Assembly: GCA_963825055.1 (NCBI GenBank)
Contig: CAWGSK010000012.1
Span: 416,001 to 480,000, forward strand
From: an uncultured Gemmatimonadales bacterium
GTDB taxonomy: Bacteria; Gemmatimonadota; Gemmatimonadetes; Gemmatimonadales; GWC2-71-9
Length of the DNA stretch: 64,000 bases
Direction: 5' to 3'
The notes below the pieces were generated by a model. It was given only the letters and a program-made list of their open reading frames with translations, ran no database searches and was not told the DNA's origin. The number at the start of each line of letters is the position of its first letter. Position 1 is the first letter of the stretch. The translations under genes and the position numbers were made by a program. Of the stretch, positions 18,894 through 28,145 are shown one piece after another.

Positions 18894-20075
18894 ATGATAG
18901 CCGTTGCCATCGTGTTGCTGCTTCAGGGCCAACCGGCCGATACCCTGACCCTCGAGGCTGCGCTGGCACGGGCCCACGCGCACCGCGGCCAGGTGGCGGC
19001 AGCGATCGCGGGCGTGAACGTCGCGCGGGCGGGGGTGGGCGCCGCGGGACAGATCCCCAATCCCACGGTCAGCTACACGCGCACGCAGGATCTTCCCAGG
19101 CAACACCTCGTGGTGGATCAGTCCTTCGAGTGGCTGCTGGTCCGCGGGCCCGAGCGTACGGCTGCCTTCGCGGATCTGGCTGGCGCGCGAGCCGATTCGG
19201 CGGCGATCGTCGGCGACCTGGACCAGTCCGTGCGGGTGGCGTTCTTCTCGGCGGTGGCAGCCCGTGAACGGGCTCGCCTTGCAGACGGAGCGATGCTGGC
19301 CGCCGACTCCCTCGTATCCATCGCGGAGGCGCGTTTCCAGGCGGGTGACATCTCCCAGTTCGAGCGGGACCAGGTCTCGCTCGACGCGGGCCGCGCACGC
19401 CTGGACTGGTCACTGGCGCAGGAAGCCGAGCAGGTGGCCCGCGTCTCGCTCGCCCGGGCGATCGGCTGGCCGGAAGGGCCCTTGCCCGTGCCGGCCGGAG
19501 CGCTGGACCTCGGTCTCGACACCACGTCGGCTGCCGCGCCGGTCGTGGAGGACCTGCCGGAGGTGCGCCGTGCGCGGGCGGATTCACTGGCGGCTTCCGC
19601 CCGGCTCAGCGCGGCCAGTCGACGAAGCATTCCGCTCCCAACCCTCCAGGCCGGGGCCGACTGGGACGACCCCTCGCAGCCGGGCCGGGCCCTCAGCATA
19701 ATCGGCATCGCCATCCCGGTGCCGCTCTGGAATCACAACGGCGCCGGCGTGGCGGAGAGCAGGGCCCAGGCCGACCTGGCTGCAGCGCGGGCGACGGAAG
19801 CCCGCCTGAGCGCGACGGAGCGCATCCGGTCCGCCCTGATCCGGCTGGAGGAAGCGGCCCGTCGCGCCCGCTTCGCCCGTGACAGCCTCGCGCCGGCCGC
19901 CGGCCGGCTCCGCGCCAGGGCGCTGCTGGCCTACCGCGCCGGGGAGACCGGTGTGGTTCCGGTGCTCGACGCCCTGCGGGCGGAGCGGGAGAGTACCGCG
20001 CAGATGATCGATGCGCTTGCCGCCTGGCAGGAGGCACGCGCCCAATGGATTCGACTTCGTGGAGACCAGCCATGA
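18894..20075 (+). CDS. TolC-family outer membrane efflux protein
   Basis: LTLEAALARA, RFQAGDIS, IPVPLWN, AYRAGE; first gene of a tripartite efflux set. Confidence 0.85.
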   Translation: MIAVAIVLLLQGQPADTLTLEAALARAHAHRGQVAAAIAGVNVARAGVGAAGQIPNPTVSYTRTQDLPRQHLVVDQSFEWLLVRGPERTAAFADLAGARADSAAIVGDLDQSVRVAFFSAVAARERARLADGAMLAADSLVSIAEARFQAGDISQFERDQVSLDAGRARLDWSLAQEAEQVARVSLARAIGWPEGPLPVPAGALDLGLDTTSAAAPVVEDLPEVRRARADSLAASARLSAASRRSIPLPTLQAGADWDDPSQPGRALSIIGIAIPVPLWNHNGAGVAESRAQADLAAARATEARLSATERIRSALIRLEEAARRARFARDSLAPAAGRLRARALLAYRAGETGVVPVLDALRAERESTAQMIDALAAWQEARAQWIRLRGDQP

Positions 20076-21121
20076 GAGCCCGCCCTCCGGTGATGATTCC
20101 CCTGTTGCTGCTGGCACTGGCATGCGGTGGGGGCGGGGGTGAGGATGAGGGAGATGGCGGTGCCGCCGCCCCGGAAGTACCCGTGGGAATCGGTTATGTG
20201 GTGCGCGATACGATCAGCCAGGTGCTGCGCCTCTCCGGTCGGCTGGCGCCGGTGCCCGGCGGGTCGGCGGCCCTGTCGGCGCCCACGGCGGGCCAGGTTC
20301 GCGATGTCCGCGTGCATCTCGGAACGCGGGTGAGGGCGGGGGAGCATCTCCTGACCGTTGACGCGCCCGAAATCGAATCCCGTGCCAGTGAACTGACCGC
20401 GGCGGCGGGAGTGGCGCGACGCGAGGCCGGCCGCCAGAGTGACCTGCTGGCCCAGGGCATCGTGTCGCAGAAGGCAGCGGACCAGGCCGAGGCCGCCGCC
20501 GTCGCGGCCGAAGCCCAGGCACGGGGCGCCGAAGCGCTGCGCGCGCGCACCAGGATCACGAGTCCGATCACCGGAGCCGTCCAGCGGGTTGCTGTCCAGG
20601 AGGGGGAGCATGTCGACGCCGGCGCCATGCTCGTCGAGGTCGTGCGGTCTGATACCCTGAGCCTGGCCCTGACGGTGCCGTCCACGGACCTGCCCGCGCT
20701 CCATCGGGGGCAGGTCGCGATGATCCGGGTGGCGGGAGATGCCACCGAGTGGACTGGCGTGGTTCAAGACGTGGCGCCCGCGGTGGATACCCTGACCAAC
20801 ACCGGCCAGGCGCTGGTCCGTGTGCCGAACACGGCGGGCCGGCTGCGGTCAGGAACCGCCGCCGTTGCGCAGATCCGGCTCGGAGTCCGCCCGGACGCGA
20901 TCGTGGTCCCCGATTCGGCGCTGGTCCTGGTGGGGGACAGCCTGGCGGTGTTCGTCATTGGCCCGGATTCGGTGGCCCACGCCCGATCCGTCACCGTGGG
21001 GGTTCGTGACGGTGGCCGGGCAGAGGTCCAGGGTCAGGTGGCCCCGGGCGACCGGGTGGCGACCACCGGCGCCTATGGCCTGCAGGACGGGATGCGGGTG
21101 ATCCCCCGGGACGGCCCGTGA
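20072..21121 (+). CDS. RND periplasmic adaptor (MFP), lipoprotein
   Basis: Lipobox LALAC; lipoyl halves SAPTAGQV and ITSPITGAV; VVPDSAL; GDRVATTG. Confidence 0.88.
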   Translation: MRARPPVMIPLLLLALACGGGGGEDEGDGGAAAPEVPVGIGYVVRDTISQVLRLSGRLAPVPGGSAALSAPTAGQVRDVRVHLGTRVRAGEHLLTVDAPEIESRASELTAAAGVARREAGRQSDLLAQGIVSQKAADQAEAAAVAAEAQARGAEALRARTRITSPITGAVQRVAVQEGEHVDAGAMLVEVVRSDTLSLALTVPSTDLPALHRGQVAMIRVAGDATEWTGVVQDVAPAVDTLTNTGQALVRVPNTAGRLRSGTAAVAQIRLGVRPDAIVVPDSALVLVGDSLAVFVIGPDSVAHARSVTVGVRDGGRAEVQGQVAPGDRVATTGAYGLQDGMRVIPRDGP

Positions 21122-24100
21122 CCCTCTCCGCACTGACCTATCGCCATCGCCGGCTGATTTATCTGCTGGTGGTGGCCGTGACCGGCGCGGGCCTGCTGGC
21201 CCTCTTCAGCCTCCCCGCGAGCATCTACCCGGAGGCGAACTTCTCCCGGATCGCAATCATCGCCCAGAGCGCGACTCGCGGCCCCCGCGACATGACCGTG
21301 GCGGTCACCCGGCCGATCGAGGAGGCCATGGGTGGTGTCCTGGAGTTACGCCGGATTCGCTCGCGGACCGTGCAGGGGGCCGTGGAGATCAGCCTCGACT
21401 TCAGTCCGTCGGCGGACATCCAGGTGGCACTGCAGCAGGTGCAGGGCCGGCTCGCGGCGCTCCGTGCCGATCTTCCGCCCGACGTGTCGCTGTTCGCCGA
21501 CCGCCTCACCCCGTCCGCGTTCCCCATCATCCAGTACCAGTTGACGGGCGCGTCTCCCATCGTGCTGCGTGACCTGGCCCAGTATCTCATCCGGCCCCGC
21601 CTGGCCGGCCTGCCCGACGTCGGCAGCGTGGAGGTGCAGGGCGGGCGTGTCCGGCAGATCACGATCGCGCTGGACCCGGCCCGCCTGACGTCCACGGGCA
21701 TCGGGGTGAGCGAAGTCGCGGATGCGGTGCGTTCGGCCAATGTCGTGACTGCCGCCGGGAGGATCTCCCGGAACTACCGCCAGTACAGCGTGATCGTTTC
21801 CGGCCTCACTCCCGATCCTGCGGCGGTGGGCGAGGTGGTGGTGCGGCAGTCCGACGGGCGCAATGTGCGCGTGGCCGACCTCGGCCACGTGGCCTATGGG
21901 ATGGACGACCAGTTCCAGATCTTCACCGGCGACGGCCGGCCGGCCGCCCTGATCAACGTGTCACGCCAGCTGAACGGCAATGTGCTCACCGTGGAACACG
22001 GTGTCGCGGCCGTGATGGACTCCATCCGGCCGCAACTGCCGCGCGGGGCGCAACTGGAGCTGGTGTACAACCAGGCCGCGCTGGTCCGCGAATCGGTCGG
22101 CAGCGTCCGCGACGCGATGTTGCTCGGCGGGTTCTTTGCAGTCCTCGTGCTTCTGGTCTTCCTCGGCAACTGGCGGGTGACCCTCGCGGCGGCCCTGACG
22201 CTCCCCCTTTCCGTCATCGGCACCTTCGCAGGACTGCGTCTCGCCGGGCAGTCGCTCAACCTCATGTCCCTCGGGGGGCTCGCCGTGGCGATCGGGCTCA
22301 TCATCGACGATGCCGTGGTCGTCGTCGAGAACATCGAGCGCCGCCTCGCCCTCCATCCGGACGATCCTCCCGGCGAGGTGGTGCGCCGCGGCACTGACGA
22401 GATCTTCGGGGCCGTCGCCGGCTCGACCCTCACGACCGTGGTCGTGTTCGCGCCGCTGGGCCTGCTGGAGGGGGTGGTCGGCGACTTCTTCCGCAGCTTC
22501 GCGATTGCCCTGGCCATCTCGGTGGTCCTCTCCCTGGTGCTGGCGATGACACTGATCCCCGCGCTGGTGGAGCACTGGCTGCTGTCGGCCGGCGTTCTGT
22601 CCTCCCGACGGGGACTGTCGCTGGCGAAACTGGAGGCGTGGTACACCCGCCGGGTGGCCGGCATCCTGCGGCACCGCCGGCTGGCGCTTCTGGGGGTCGC
22701 GGGGCTGGTGGTCCTTGCCGTGGGCCTTTCCCGGGTCATGGGGACGGACTTCCTGCCCGCCATGGACGAGGGCGGTTTCATTCTCGACTACTGGACCCCG
22801 ACGGGGAGCTCCCTCGCGGAAACGGACCGCGAGTTGCGCCAGATCGAGGGAATTCTCAAGGCGGACCCCGACGTCCAGGCGTTTTCCCGGCGGACAGGTA
22901 CCGAGCTCGGGTTCGCGGCCACCGCCCCGAACCGGGGCGACTTCACGGTACTGCTGAAGCCGGGGTCGGCGCGATCATCGTCAGTGTACGAGGTCATGGA
23001 TCGCGTACGGGTCCGGATCGAGACGGAGACGCCCGAGGTCCGAGTGGAGTTCGTCCAGTTGCTCCAGGATATCATCGGGGACCTCGCGGGCAATCCCGAG
23101 CCAGTGGAGGTCAAGCTCTTCAGCGCGGACCAGGCGGCAGCCGAGCGTTCAGGCGTGGCCATCGGAAACGCGATCGACACCATCCCCGGCCTGGTGGACG
23201 TATTCAACGGCGTGCAGGGACGCAATCCGGAGGTCCGGGTCGCCCTCGACCCCCGCGCGGCCCGGCGTCTGGGCCTCACGAACGAAGCGGTGTCTGACCA
23301 GGCCCGCGCCTCGCTCTTCGGGACGGAGGCCGGTACGGCGAGGGAATTCGACCGCCTCGTCCCGATTGTGGCCCGGCTCCCGGACAGCGTCCGGTTCGAT
23401 CCCGGCATCGTCTCACGCCTGCCGGTGGTCGGTCCGGACGGCTGGGCGCCGCTTGCCAGCCTGGGATCGGTGCGGGACACGAGCGAAGCGGCGGAGCTGC
23501 AGCGGGAGAACCTGCGGCCGCTCATCGCCGTCACGGGCCGGGTGAGCGGGTCGAGCCTTGGCGCCGTCATGCAGCGCGTCCGGCAGGCGGTGTCGAAGGT
23601 GCCGCTGCCGGCGGGGGTTGAGCTCGAGCTCGGCGGGCAGTACGTCAGCCAGCGCCGCGCCTTCCGGCAGCTCTTCCTGGTATTCCTCCTGGCGACCGTG
23701 GCCGTGCTCGGCGTCCTGGTGGCACAGTTCCGCAGCTATCGTGGGGCCCTCGCGATCGCACTGGCGGCGCCGCTTGGCATTACCGGAGCCTTCCTGGCGC
23801 TGGTCGTCACCGGCGTGCCGTTCAACGTTTCGAGCTTCATGGGGCTGATCCTGCTCATCGGCCTCGTCGTGAAGAACGGCATCATCCTCCTCGACGCCGC
23901 CATGCGACAGCGCGAGGCCGGGCTTGGGGAGGAGGAGGCCCTGGTGGAGGCCGGCCGGATCCGGATGCGGCCGATCCTGATGACGACCCTGTGCACCCTG
24001 GCCGGCCTGCTGCCGCTGGCTTTCGGGTTCGGCAGTGGCTCGGAACTGCAGCGACCCCTGGCCATCGCGGTGGTCGGCGGTCTTACGTTGTCCACCGTCG

Positions 24101-24171
24101 TCACCCTGGTCATGCTGCCGGTTGGCCTTGAGTGGCTCGGGGCGCTCCGGGAGCGTTCCGACGGTATGTGA
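21118..24171 (+). CDS. RND efflux permease (AcrB/CusA superfamily)
   Basis: 1017 aa; GLIIDDAVVVVENI, GLVVKNGIILLD, RMRPILMTT, PLAIAVVGGL. Confidence 0.94.
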   Translation: MTLSALTYRHRRLIYLLVVAVTGAGLLALFSLPASIYPEANFSRIAIIAQSATRGPRDMTVAVTRPIEEAMGGVLELRRIRSRTVQGAVEISLDFSPSADIQVALQQVQGRLAALRADLPPDVSLFADRLTPSAFPIIQYQLTGASPIVLRDLAQYLIRPRLAGLPDVGSVEVQGGRVRQITIALDPARLTSTGIGVSEVADAVRSANVVTAAGRISRNYRQYSVIVSGLTPDPAAVGEVVVRQSDGRNVRVADLGHVAYGMDDQFQIFTGDGRPAALINVSRQLNGNVLTVEHGVAAVMDSIRPQLPRGAQLELVYNQAALVRESVGSVRDAMLLGGFFAVLVLLVFLGNWRVTLAAALTLPLSVIGTFAGLRLAGQSLNLMSLGGLAVAIGLIIDDAVVVVENIERRLALHPDDPPGEVVRRGTDEIFGAVAGSTLTTVVVFAPLGLLEGVVGDFFRSFAIALAISVVLSLVLAMTLIPALVEHWLLSAGVLSSRRGLSLAKLEAWYTRRVAGILRHRRLALLGVAGLVVLAVGLSRVMGTDFLPAMDEGGFILDYWTPTGSSLAETDRELRQIEGILKADPDVQAFSRRTGTELGFAATAPNRGDFTVLLKPGSARSSSVYEVMDRVRVRIETETPEVRVEFVQLLQDIIGDLAGNPEPVEVKLFSADQAAAERSGVAIGNAIDTIPGLVDVFNGVQGRNPEVRVALDPRAARRLGLTNEAVSDQARASLFGTEAGTAREFDRLVPIVARLPDSVRFDPGIVSRLPVVGPDGWAPLASLGSVRDTSEAAELQRENLRPLIAVTGRVSGSSLGAVMQRVRQAVSKVPLPAGVELELGGQYVSQRRAFRQLFLVFLLATVAVLGVLVAQFRSYRGALAIALAAPLGITGAFLALVVTGVPFNVSSFMGLILLIGLVVKNGIILLDAAMRQREAGLGEEEALVEAGRIRMRPILMTTLCTLAGLLPLAFGFGSGSELQRPLAIAVVGGLTLSTVVTLVMLPVGLEWLGALRERSDGM

Positions 24172-24234
24172 CCTGCTTCCTCGACGTCACCCCTGCCCGG
24201 GTGTTAGTTCAGGGACGCGAAAGGGGGAGGCGGC

Positions 24235-25141
24235 GTGACGCTACGAGACTTCGGCAGGCTGCTCAAGCAGACGGCCATTGGATGGGACAGTGACAACATC
24301 GCCCGGCACGGGGCGGCGCTCTCCTTCTATGCGCTCTTCTCGATGGCGCCCCTCCTGCTCGTCGTGATCGCCATCACCGGCATGTTGTTCACCACCTCGA
24401 CGGTCGAGACCCAGCCTCCTGGCGGAGATCCGGGGCATGATCGGGTCCGAGGGTGCGAACACGGTCCAGACCGTCATCCGCAATGCCTCCCTCCCCGGCA
24501 GGAGCATCCCCGCAATCATCGTCGGCGGCCTCACTTTCTTCATGGGCGCAACCGCCGCCTTTGCGGCCCTTCAGGGTGCGCTGAACGCGGTCTGGAACGT
24601 CGAGCCGCGGGCGGGGAGCGTCGTCTGGAGCCTCGTACGCACCCGGATCCTCTCTTTCGCGATGGTGGTCGGCGCAGGATTCCTGCTCCTGGTGTCCCTG
24701 GCCCTGAGCGCCGGCCTTTCCGCTCTCTCCGATGCGCTCGGCCGGCTCATCCCCGGACCCGTCGCCGTGTGGCAGGTGGCCGATACGCTGCTCACGTTCG
24801 GCGTCGTCACGCTGTTGTTCGCCGGGATCTACAAGGTGCTGCCTGACGTGGAGCTGGCCTGGGCGGATGTCTGGAGGGGCGCGGCGATCACCGCCGCGTT
24901 CTTCACCGGGGGCAAGTTCCTCATCGGCCTCTACCTGGGGCAGAGTGCCATTGCCTCGAGCTATGGCGCGGCCGGGTCGCTCGTGGTGCTGCTCTTCTGG
25001 ATCTACTACAACTCGCAGATCGTCCTGCTCGGCGCCGAGTTTACCCAGAAGTACGTGCTGGAATACCGTCACCAGAGGGTGAAGCCGTCGGAGCATGCGG
25101 AAGAGACAGGGAACAGGGAAGGGGGAGCAGGGAAGAGGTAA
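24235..25141 (+). CDS. YihY/virulence factor BrkB family membrane protein; +1 frameshift near 24410
   Basis: GAALSFYALFSMAPLL in frame of 24235; LQGALNAVW, SSYGAAGSLVVLLFWIYYNSQIVLLGAEF in frame of 24437. Confidence 0.85.
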
Positions 25142-25195
25142 CCCCCCTCCAGCCCATTCCCCACACTCCTGTTCCCTGTTGCCTGTTCCCTCTTC
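25104..25195. repeat. Two oppositely oriented degenerate heptamer arrays (GAACAGG-like x5; CCTGTTC-like x4)
   Basis: 25104-25138 and 25168-25195 are approximate reverse complements. Confidence 0.75.
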
Positions 25196-25382
25196 CCTCC
25201 CGTACTAGAGGATCACCCTGACCCCTCCGAGCTCCTCGATCCGTAACGTCGGGGTCCCGGCGGCGGGAAGGAAACCGCCGTGGAAGATGCCCGCGTGGCG
25301 GGGATTTTTCCACCGGCGGCCCCGCTGGGCCTGTACACGATCGCTGCTATCTTACGTCGTCGCGACCCTCACGCGGAGTCCC

Positions 25383-27509
25383 ATGGGACACCTTCCGGAT
25401 TTCCTGGGCAGCCTGGCGCTGGTCCTTGGCGTCGCCGCCATCACGACGATTCTCTTCCAGCGGCTCCGGCAGCCCGTCGTCCTGGGCTACCTGGTAGCCG
25501 GGTTGCTGGTGGGTCCGCATGTCGCGCTTATCCCCGTGGCGGACATCGAGACCGTTCGCGCGCTGGCCGAGCTGGGCGTCATCCTGCTCATGTTTTCCCT
25601 CGGGCTCGACTTCAACCTCCACAAGCTGGCCCGCCTTGCCCCGACGGCGGGCCTGGTCGCCGCGGTTGAGGTCGGCCTGATGCTCACCCTGGGCTACCTC
25701 GCCGGCCAGCTGCTGGGCTGGAGTACGCTGGAGAGCGTGATCGCCGGCGGGATCGTGGCCATCTCCAGCACGATGATCATCGCGCGATCGCTCGCCGAGC
25801 AGGGAGTGGAGGGCCGCTTCACTGACCTGGTGTTCGGCGTACTCATCGTGGAGGACCTGGTTGCCATCCTCCTCCTCGCCGCCCTTCCGACGCTCGTGTC
25901 GGGCACCGGCCTCTCGGCGGGTGGCATGCTCGCGATGCTGGGCCGGCTGGGGCTCTTCCTGGCCCTGGCCCTGGGGGGCGGGCTCCTGATCATCCCGCGG
26001 CTGTTCCGCACGGTGGTACGCCTCCGCCGCCCGGAAACCACGGTGGTGGCGAGCGTCGGCTTCTGTTTCGCCGCCGCGCTGCTGGCCATGCGGGCGGGAT
26101 ACTCCGTGGCCCTCGGCGCCTTCCTCGCCGGATCGCTTATCGCGGAATCGGGAGCTTCGCGCCAGGTCGCGGCGCTCATCCGGCCGGTTCGCGACATGTT
26201 CACGGCCGTCTTCTTCGTGGCTGTGGGCATGCTCCTCGATCCCCGGCTGGTGCTCGAGCACTGGTTTGCCATCCTGGTGCTCCTGGCCGTGGTACTCGTC
26301 GGCAAGGTACTGGGCGTGTCCGTAGGGGCATTCCTGAGCGGGGCCGGGACCCGGACGGCAGTCCGCAGCGGGATGAGCATGGCCCAGATCGGCGAGTTCT
26401 CTTTCATCATTGCCGGCGCCGGCCTCGCTGAGGCGCCGACCAACAACTTCCTGTACCCGGTGGCGGTGGCCGTCTCGGTAGTGACGGCGTTCACGACGCC
26501 CTGGATGATCCGGTGGTCCGAGCCGGCCGCGCTGCTGGTGGATCGTCGCCTGCCACATGCCCTCCAGACCTACGCGACCCTGTACGGCAGCTGGGTAGAG
26601 ACCCTCCGGAGCGGCCGGAAATCCCCCGCTCCCGCCTCACGGCCGCGGCGCCTCATCCGGGTCATCATCGTGGACCTGCTGGGCCTTGCCGCGGTGATCA
26701 TCGGTACCTCCATCCTGCTGCCGCAGCTCGTGCAGGACCTCGGGCGGTCCGGCCTCAGCTCGACCATTGCCTGGTGGACGGTGGTCGCGGCGGGTGCCGC
26801 CCTCGCGTTCCCGTTCTGTTACGGCATGGTGCGGGCCGCGCGCCAACTGGTCCTGACGACCGTCGAGCGGGCATTCCCGGCGGTCGCGCACGGGGCCGTG
26901 GACCTGGGCAGGGCGCCGCGCCGCGCCCTGCTGATCACCCTGGAGATCGCGGCCGTCCTCGGCATCGGGGCGCCGCTCGTGGCGGTGACACTTCCGTTCG
27001 TTCCGTCCTACAGCGGGCCGACGTTCCTGGTGGTGGTCCTGACGCTGGTGGGCATCGCCTTCTGGCGAAGCGCGCGGGACCTCCAGGGGCACGTGCGGGC
27101 CACGTCGGACCTGGTTGTGGAGGCGCTGGCCCGGCAGGGAAGCGCGGGAGGACCCAACCTGCTCGAGCGGGTACAGGAGATGATACCGGGGATCGGAACC
27201 CTGGTGCCGGTCTCGCTGACACTGGACAGCCCCGCGGTGGGACAGTCACTGGCCGAACTGAACCTGCGGGGCCGGACCGGGGCGACCGTTGTGGCCGTGG
27301 CCCGGGGTGACGCCCGGATCGTGTTTCCGGAGGCAACTACGCGGCTCTTCGCGGGCGACCTCCTGGCGCTTACCGGCAGTCAGGACGCCATCCGGGCTGC
27401 CCGGATGATCCTCGAAGAGTCCAACCCGGATCCGCGACTCGGCCCGACCGTCGAGTTCCAGGTGCCACGCCCCATGCCGGGAGCGGGTGCCGGCCCGCCG
27501 CCCCGGTGA
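25383..27509 (+). CDS. CPA2 cation:proton antiporter with C-terminal TrkA-C (RCK-C) domain
   Basis: LAELGVILLMFSLGL, VEDL, LGAFLAG, FFVAVG, QIGEFSF; C-terminal GQSLAELNLRGRTGATVVAV; GGAG RBS. Confidence 0.9.
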   Translation: MGHLPDFLGSLALVLGVAAITTILFQRLRQPVVLGYLVAGLLVGPHVALIPVADIETVRALAELGVILLMFSLGLDFNLHKLARLAPTAGLVAAVEVGLMLTLGYLAGQLLGWSTLESVIAGGIVAISSTMIIARSLAEQGVEGRFTDLVFGVLIVEDLVAILLLAALPTLVSGTGLSAGGMLAMLGRLGLFLALALGGGLLIIPRLFRTVVRLRRPETTVVASVGFCFAAALLAMRAGYSVALGAFLAGSLIAESGASRQVAALIRPVRDMFTAVFFVAVGMLLDPRLVLEHWFAILVLLAVVLVGKVLGVSVGAFLSGAGTRTAVRSGMSMAQIGEFSFIIAGAGLAEAPTNNFLYPVAVAVSVVTAFTTPWMIRWSEPAALLVDRRLPHALQTYATLYGSWVETLRSGRKSPAPASRPRRLIRVIIVDLLGLAAVIIGTSILLPQLVQDLGRSGLSSTIAWWTVVAAGAALAFPFCYGMVRAARQLVLTTVERAFPAVAHGAVDLGRAPRRALLITLEIAAVLGIGAPLVAVTLPFVPSYSGPTFLVVVLTLVGIAFWRSARDLQGHVRATSDLVVEALARQGSAGGPNLLERVQEMIPGIGTLVPVSLTLDSPAVGQSLAELNLRGRTGATVVAVARGDARIVFPEATTRLFAGDLLALTGSQDAIRAARMILEESNPDPRLGPTVEFQVPRPMPGAGAGPPPR

Positions 27510-27593
27510 ACCCTGAGCGGGAGGACATCCGGCCGGGGTTAGATTTCCCGCAGCCGGATCGACACGACCCTCCCTCGAGCCACGGGGCCGGAG

Positions 27594-28049
27594 ATGCGCA
27601 AACCGCTCGGCATCATGTTCGTCGTGCTGATCGTCTGGACCCTCGTCAACATCGCGGTGTCCCTCCGCCTCTGGGGGCACCGGACCTACGTCGCGCCGGA
27701 AGACCGGCGGCAGCCGGTCATGCTCGATCCGGTCGAACGCGAAATGATCCTGACCCAGATGCGGGACTTTTCCCGGGCACTGCACGAGGCGCTGGATGCC
27801 GCGCGCCGCGGGGACACGGCGGCGGCGCGGGCTGTTGCCGCCGGAGCAGGGGACCTGAGCGCGCTCAAGCTCGAGTCGAACGACAACCTCCCACTGCCGT
27901 ACCGCCGCCTTGCCGCCGCCACCCACACTGCCTTCGACAGCCTCGCGGCCCGGGCCGGCCTCGGGCCGGACTCCGTCTTCGCCGCCACGCCGCACGTCAT
28001 GGGCACCTGCGTAGCCTGCCATTCGGCGTACCGGTTCGGGGTGAGGTAG
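27594..28049 (+). CDS. Membrane-anchored or exported monoheme cytochrome c (helical, cytochrome c'-like)
   Basis: N-terminal hydrophobic helix; C-terminal CVACH followed by xxYR. Confidence 0.75.
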   Translation: MRKPLGIMFVVLIVWTLVNIAVSLRLWGHRTYVAPEDRRQPVMLDPVEREMILTQMRDFSRALHEALDAARRGDTAAARAVAAGAGDLSALKLESNDNLPLPYRRLAAATHTAFDSLAARAGLGPDSVFAATPHVMGTCVACHSAYRFGVR

Positions 28050-28100
28050 CGCCGGGTCGTTGAGTCGTTCACTCGTTAAGTGGGTGAGTCGGTAGCTTCG

Positions 28101-28145
28101 GTCCGCCCTGTCCGCCCTGTCCGCCCTGTCCGCCCTGTCCGCCCT
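28101..28145. repeat. Perfect nonamer tandem repeat (GTCCGCCCT)x5
   Basis: Read directly; abuts the RimK-like stop and follows a degenerate 8-mer array at about 28054-28093. Confidence 0.92.

Noticed and set aside
28054..28145. CRISPR array
   Set aside because: Units are 8-9 bp with no spacers, and there are no cas genes
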